A stretch of DNA of 64,000 nucleotides, taken from positions 1 to 64,000 of IMG/VR virus record IMGVR_UViG_3300028048_000079. One strand, 5' to 3'. A model generated the notes under the pieces. The model did not search any database and was not told the origin of the DNA. It was given only the letters and a program-made list of their open reading frames with translations. Positions 58,837 through 64,000 of the stretch are shown here, piece after piece. The first letter of the stretch is position 1. Every line of letters starts with the position of its first letter. This stretch comes from a virus. Lineage: Duplodnaviria; Caudoviricetes. Position numbers and translations under genes: made by a program.

Positions 58837-60060
58837 TTAGTCCATGCCTAACTTTCTTCTGAATTTGATAATATAACTTTCAAGATATGTATTAGCCATC
58901 TCTAAGTATTCACCACCGTATTTTTCCCAAATTGGTGTGTATAAAGTATCACCTTCAGTATGTTCAACAAACTTCAAGAATGCCTCACCATTAAATACTT
59001 CTTTTGCTTCCGGTGATTTCCTTTTGATTGTACCAATGATACTAAACTCCTTATAAACTTGATTATAAGCCTTTTTGAATAATGTTATATTCTTCTTGTA
59101 GATTTTTGGCTTCTGTTGTTCTGCATACAAATCAGCACCCATCTTGTCGTAGTAGGCTTGACGGTCAAGGCCATTATACGAATAACTATCCTCATTTATT
59201 GACTTCTTCCAAGAAGATAATGTTTCAGCAATTGCTTTGTCTATACTTTCAGAAACACCACGTCGTTCAGCTTCATACTTATCATTCATTAGTTTCTGTA
59301 CGGTATTAACGATTTCCTGTGCCTTTTCCTTTATTCTCTGTTTAGCACTAAGAAGTCTTGCATCAACCTTAATTGGCTGTGAATTATACAAACTGCTTAA
59401 CTGTTTATATACATAAGTCAATTTTTCAACATTGCCTTCAGCAATTGCTTTATCAGCATTATTGAATAAAGGCTTGGCATATTGATTAATCCATCTATTA
59501 GCAAACTCATTGTTGGAAGCATTATGTTCAGCGTCAATATGCTGTGTTTCATCAATGCTTTCATTATTCTTCTGCATCATTCTTTGTTTACGTCTTTCTT
59601 CTGCCGCCTTTTTTGCTGCCGCATAAGCAGGATTTCTTTCTTCAGGACTTCTGCCAAAACCTGTTCTCAAACATTCACGATTAATTTCAGCTTCTTCTGG
59701 TGTGTAGCCTGTAAGCTTATCAACAATGCCTTCACCAAGCAATTCTTCTTTTAATTGGCTGTGTGCAATCTCTATTGCTTTATTTAACGTTGGTCTGAGT
59801 TCTTCTCTATCAACATTAAATTCATGTGCAAAAGCATCAAGAGTTTCTTCATAGTCATTACGATTACTGAAATCTGTTATTGCTTCAGGTGAAACAGCAT
59901 CAATACCTCCCCAATCCTCATAGACTTCATCCATCCATGACTTAATTCTTGGAACCATTATACTGATATAATGCTGTTCTTCAGAAGGTACACCAAAAGA
60001 CTCCTTCAAAACAGATTTTACCGCTTTTGCAATAATTTTATCATCTATATTTTTAGCCAT
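58837..60060 (-). CDS. Multidomain candidate internal head protein
   Basis: Start MAKNID at 60060; VLKES, NNESIDE, VSESID...SINED linkers; late motif 60085-60091. Confidence 0.65.
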   Translation of the reverse strand: MAKNIDDKIIAKAVKSVLKESFGVPSEEQHYISIMVPRIKSWMDEVYEDWGGIDAVSPEAITDFSNRNDYEETLDAFAHEFNVDREELRPTLNKAIEIAHSQLKEELLGEGIVDKLTGYTPEEAEINRECLRTGFGRSPEERNPAYAAAKKAAEERRKQRMMQKNNESIDETQHIDAEHNASNNEFANRWINQYAKPLFNNADKAIAEGNVEKLTYVYKQLSSLYNSQPIKVDARLLSAKQRIKEKAQEIVNTVQKLMNDKYEAERRGVSESIDKAIAETLSSWKKSINEDSYSYNGLDRQAYYDKMGADLYAEQQKPKIYKKNITLFKKAYNQVYKEFSIIGTIKRKSPEAKEVFNGEAFLKFVEHTEGDTLYTPIWEKYGGEYLEMANTYLESYIIKFRRKLGMD

Positions 60061-60128
60061 TGCAATGTATATTCGAATATAATAATAAATAGTCCACAAT
60101 ATTTATTTGTAAGGTTTTTAGACAAATA

Positions 60129-63100
60129 ATGAACTCGGAAAATTTAGGAACAATATACTCAGAAAATTTCAAAAAATGGTTCGGAGATTGGGAGAATGAC
60201 CCACAGAATGCATCAAAAGTTGTAGACTCAAATGGTATGCCACTTCCGGTATATCATGGAACTGTATGCAAAGGTAAAGACGGTTTACCATTTAAGAAAT
60301 TCAAAACTGAAAGCAACGCAGGTGATGGTGTAATGTTTGCTGATAACTATTCAGTTGCATCATTCTTTGGCGGGCATGGCCAAGCACGTTTCGGTAATTT
60401 TGAAGAAAAGTTTGCACAGTGGCCGCACAAAGATAGTATGGATGGGCTTGTGGAGTTTCTTAATAACGTTCTTAAAAATGGAAAATATTCAATACGTAAC
60501 TTTAATGGGGTTTATAACGGAGAGCCTTATGAATTTTATAGATTGGAATGTGAATATTATGGCGGTGGTAGTGGTTCTACTCCGCTTGGTGACACTGAGG
60601 AAGAAGCACTTGAGACATTAAGACATGAAGTTGAAAAAGAAATAAGATATATGGAAAGAAACTCCAAACAAGGTTATACCGGTGGAGTATATAATGTTTA
60701 TCTTAATATTAGAAACCCATATATATTTGATGCACAAGGGTCACAATTCCATATGCTTAGGACACAGTTTCACCAAAAACGTTTAACTGTATTTGAATTA
60801 GTTTACTTTGTTAAGCAAACCGGAAAATACGATGGTGTTATTGTCAAAAACGTTAGGGAAACAACAATGGGTAATGGCATACTTACAACAGACTATATTG
60901 TTTTTAAACCAAATCAAATTAAGCATGCATTAGATAATAACGGTAATTATGGTTTAGATACTGATGATATGACAGAAGCAAAAATACGTGAAGCAATTAA
61001 AGAAGTATTAACAGAAGCACTCATCACTGAAGGTGTTGAAACTAAAAATATGAAACTTGCCAAACATTATCTTTATCAGAAGAAAGGATTTAATGAGCAG
61101 CAAGCCATGCAATGTATTGGCCAAATTAAAACTGATATACCAAATTCAAGACTTGGTAAATGCAAATTCATGCTTGCAATGGTAAGAATGTTCTGCGATG
61201 GTGATTTCACTGATGGAGCAACTATAATGAAAATCAATAAAAGCCTTAAATTTGCAGCATCCGATGCACATATAAATGAGTATAACAATGACTTGAATGG
61301 TTTATCCGCACAACAGTTAATTGATAAATTTGCTGTTTCAGCCCAACAAGATTTAGACCAAGATAGAAATGATGTCTCATCACAAGAATATAATGAAAGT
61401 AATAACCACTATGAAATCGTAAAGATAACCTCATTTGAAGAGGCAGAAGAGTATGGTGATTATGTATCTTGGTGCGTAACTCATTATGATGACATGTACG
61501 ACTCATATACAAGTAACGGCAATGGCGTATTCTATTTCTGTTTAAGAGATGGATGGCAAAACGAACCTGAAGAACCCGGTGAAGGCTGTCCTCTTGATAG
61601 TTATGGTTTGTCTATGATTGCTGTATCTGTTAATAGTGATGGCTCATGTAATACAATAACATGCAGATGGAACCACGATAATGGAGGAAATGACAATATC
61701 ATGACAACAAAACAGTTATCAGAAGTAATTGGAAGAAACTTCTATGATGTTTTCAAACCGCTTACATTGGAAGAGATACAAGAAAACCAAAAACGCATCC
61801 TTATGGATATTGCTGATGAAGTAAGCACTATTGACATTGAGTATGATGCTGAGAAACTTGAATTTGACCCGGACTATGGTGATACCATAGAGGCTGATGT
61901 ATATGTATATAAGTCAGAAAAAGATGCAAGTGTCATAATTGGTGAAGAAGGAGAATTTATAATTGATATGGTATTTGACTCTGTTAATTATAGAGTTGGG
62001 GATACAATGACCGTATATCTTGGCAAAAAGTCCAATTTTGTAACATTATATTATTCAGAAGGATATATTGTAAAAGGAAAACTTGTTAGTGATACATGGT
62101 TTGACCAAGCCCATAATGAGTTCAATGACGGTTATGGAATGGTTCGTCTAAATAACAAATGGAACTTAATTGATAAAAATGGGCAATACTTATTGAAAGA
62201 TTGGCATGATGCTATTGGCAGAAGACGTTTGAAAGATAGTTACATTGAAGTTGTAGATAATGGAAAAACGAATTTCATTAATATGGAAACCAATGAATAT
62301 TTGTTTGACAGACCTGTAGCTTATATATTCTTTGCCGATGATTATGGTACTTTCATAAGGTTGGAAGGTAATGACTATATACAAGTTTATGACCCCAAAA
62401 CCCTTAAATTAAGAGCACCTTGGAAAATACAACGGTTGTTAGGATATTGTTATTCATCTTTCTATTGTGTAGAATTAACAAATGATGAACAATATCTAAT
62501 TGATAACAAAGGCAATTTATATGGCTATATCAGTAAAGAACTTGCATATCAAAACCCAATGATTAACACTTCTGAAAATGAAAGCATTTCAAGAAACTAT
62601 ATTGATGAAGTAAGGTATATTGATGCACGTGATGAGAAATATAATGGAGCAGTCCACAAAAAGCATTGGACTGAGATATATAACCAAGAGCCGATAACAG
62701 ATGATAGCAGAATACGTGTGTTTCACGGATGTGAGTTGAAGACTGCTTGTAATATAGCTATTAACGGTACGTCAGGAAAAACATACCATACAAGGCAATA
62801 TTCTTATGAAGCCGGTATGAACCCATTAGGAATATTCGTAACAACAGATTTTGAAACTGCAAAGAAATTCGGTGTATCTAATTCCGGTATGGCAATTATT
62901 GAATTTACTGCCAAAGGTTCTGATTTGGAAACCCCTGTATGGAATGGCCAAGGTTCATATTTTGGACAAGGTAGTAATCCTATGCCATTTAGTAATAGTG
63001 ATGAAAGAGATGCACAGAAAATGCAATACAGACAGAATGCACTAAATACTCCCGATGATTATTACTATGATGATAAACATCAAAAACGTGACATCTCTAT

Positions 63101-63626
63101 GAGTCATGTTAGAAATTCAGATAAACCGGAAATGGCCGATAGAATTTTCAATAATACAGAACATCAGGCATTGTTTATTGGTGATTTAAATCCTAATATG
63201 ATAAAAAGAATATGGGTGAAATTACCAAGAGAAGATGGGTATGTACATTCAGATGATAACTATCAACCAATGAGTGTCAGAGAGTTTATAAAGAAATTCA
63301 AGGATAAAGAATGGTGCGAAGGTACTGATTATAAGGGAAATTGGAAATATTCCAAGATAAGAAAAGAAAAACTATTCTATCCTAATGAAGATGTTAAATC
63401 ATTTGATGATGTGATTGATAGGATTTGGAAAAATGAAAAAAATTATTATAACAGTCGTGAAGAAGTAAAACAATCACTTGAGTCTTTTGGAATGCTTCAA
63501 AATCCGCCATCAGATAATGCATATGACTTGATTAAAAACGAATTGTGGCCAAAACAGATTATACAACTGTATGGCAAAGAATATTTTAAAAATAACTTTG
63601 ATAGATTAGGACAATGGATACATTAG
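60129..63626 (+). CDS. Large polyvalent protein: ART-PolyVal + WC-motif domain + WG-like repeats + second ART-like domain
   Basis: FKKWFGDW...SKVVD.NG.P..VYHGT...VYLNIRNP...YDGV....F.PNQIK; WCVT; KWNLIDKNG; RVFHG...GIFVTTD...A..F. Confidence 0.8.
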   Translation: MNSENLGTIYSENFKKWFGDWENDPQNASKVVDSNGMPLPVYHGTVCKGKDGLPFKKFKTESNAGDGVMFADNYSVASFFGGHGQARFGNFEEKFAQWPHKDSMDGLVEFLNNVLKNGKYSIRNFNGVYNGEPYEFYRLECEYYGGGSGSTPLGDTEEEALETLRHEVEKEIRYMERNSKQGYTGGVYNVYLNIRNPYIFDAQGSQFHMLRTQFHQKRLTVFELVYFVKQTGKYDGVIVKNVRETTMGNGILTTDYIVFKPNQIKHALDNNGNYGLDTDDMTEAKIREAIKEVLTEALITEGVETKNMKLAKHYLYQKKGFNEQQAMQCIGQIKTDIPNSRLGKCKFMLAMVRMFCDGDFTDGATIMKINKSLKFAASDAHINEYNNDLNGLSAQQLIDKFAVSAQQDLDQDRNDVSSQEYNESNNHYEIVKITSFEEAEEYGDYVSWCVTHYDDMYDSYTSNGNGVFYFCLRDGWQNEPEEPGEGCPLDSYGLSMIAVSVNSDGSCNTITCRWNHDNGGNDNIMTTKQLSEVIGRNFYDVFKPLTLEEIQENQKRILMDIADEVSTIDIEYDAEKLEFDPDYGDTIEADVYVYKSEKDASVIIGEEGEFIIDMVFDSVNYRVGDTMTVYLGKKSNFVTLYYSEGYIVKGKLVSDTWFDQAHNEFNDGYGMVRLNNKWNLIDKNGQYLLKDWHDAIGRRRLKDSYIEVVDNGKTNFINMETNEYLFDRPVAYIFFADDYGTFIRLEGNDYIQVYDPKTLKLRAPWKIQRLLGYCYSSFYCVELTNDEQYLIDNKGNLYGYISKELAYQNPMINTSENESISRNYIDEVRYIDARDEKYNGAVHKKHWTEIYNQEPITDDSRIRVFHGCELKTACNIAINGTSGKTYHTRQYSYEAGMNPLGIFVTTDFETAKKFGVSNSGMAIIEFTAKGSDLETPVWNGQGSYFGQGSNPMPFSNSDERDAQKMQYRQNALNTPDDYYYDDKHQKRDISMSHVRNSDKPEMADRIFNNTEHQALFIGDLNPNMIKRIWVKLPREDGYVHSDDNYQPMSVREFIKKFKDKEWCEGTDYKGNWKYSKIRKEKLFYPNEDVKSFDDVIDRIWKNEKNYYNSREEVKQSLESFGMLQNPPSDNAYDLIKNELWPKQIIQLYGKEYFKNNFDRLGQWIH

Positions 63627-63643
63627 ATAAAATAAAAAACCTA

Positions 63644-64000
63644 ATGAGTAAAATCGACAATACATATAAACAGTCGATTAATGAAGGTGCATGGGGTGTC
63701 GGTCCAAGACAGAGTGACGATTATCTAGATTTGCAAAGCTTTGTTATAGACGATTGCAGAAAAGTCTTCAAAGATTATATAACAGGTAAAAAAGGACAAC
63801 GCGGTAATGAAGGCGCCGATTTTTCGTGCATTGGACTAATTGACTTTATCTTTGAATTTTTCATAAAAATGGATATTGTATTTGTGGATGAAGATAAGTA
63901 CCTTGTCGATGAATATGCTAAATGTATCGAAAATTGTAAGAAAAATGAATGTTGGTTAAGTAAATGGAATCATGATGCTGATATACAAGGCTCTCTTGAC
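63644..64000 (+). CDS. DUF4259-like protein with a short leader, 3'-truncated
   Basis: MSKIDNTYKQSINE-GAWGVGPRQSDDYLD; open to the window end. Confidence 0.6.
   Translation, partial: MSKIDNTYKQSINEGAWGVGPRQSDDYLDLQSFVIDDCRKVFKDYITGKKGQRGNEGADFSCIGLIDFIFEFFIKMDIVFVDEDKYLVDEYAKCIENCKKNECWLSKWNHDADIQGSLD

Noticed and set aside
1-64000. Stop-codon reassignment (TAG=Gln) as in Lak megaphages and some crAss-like phages
   Set aside because: Conserved genes are full length in code 11, coding density is high, and TAG ends complete genes (e.g. 4865, 54569, 55664, 63626)
1-64000. CRISPR array, tRNA/tmRNA genes, DGR/retron reverse transcriptase, integrase
   Set aside because: No regularly spaced direct repeats, cloverleaf/T-loop signatures, YxDD RT or recombinase motifs were seen by eye; a covariance-model scan was not run

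Overview
AT-rich (roughly one-third GC) segment of a large T4-like (myovirus-type, probably jumbo) dsDNA phage of a Bacteroidota host, likely Prevotella/Segatella-like. Host inference rests on 11 TTTG-N18-20-TAnnTTTG promoters, little Shine-Dalgarno signal and host-like lipoproteins. The window uses the standard genetic code. It holds the head module on the minus strand (major capsid, scaffold, prohead protease, portal, terminase), baseplate-like genes, a gp55-like late sigma factor, nucleotide metabolism genes (dUTPase, IMPDH/GMP reductase, dNMP kinase, ThyX-like), two Clp ATPases, an SF1 helicase, a Dam-family MTase, an Acb1-like 2H phosphoesterase and a Hef-like homing endonuclease. Most interesting: (1) a set of late, apparently head-packaged multidomain proteins whose ADP-ribosyltransferase, nucleotidyltransferase, kinase, WYL and DUF4259-like domains are separated by clustered (I/L)xE prohead-protease-type sites, alongside an early ADP-ribosylglycohydrolase fused to a ThyX-like domain; (2) a candidate programmed -1 frameshift (A9G plus a perfect 15-bp hairpin) in a head gene; (3) an ArfA/BrfA-like ORF whose transcript would terminate before its stop codon; (4) a late-promoter candidate TATTTAT found before about 20 virion-type genes. 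All family calls come from motif recognition by eye; no database searches were run.
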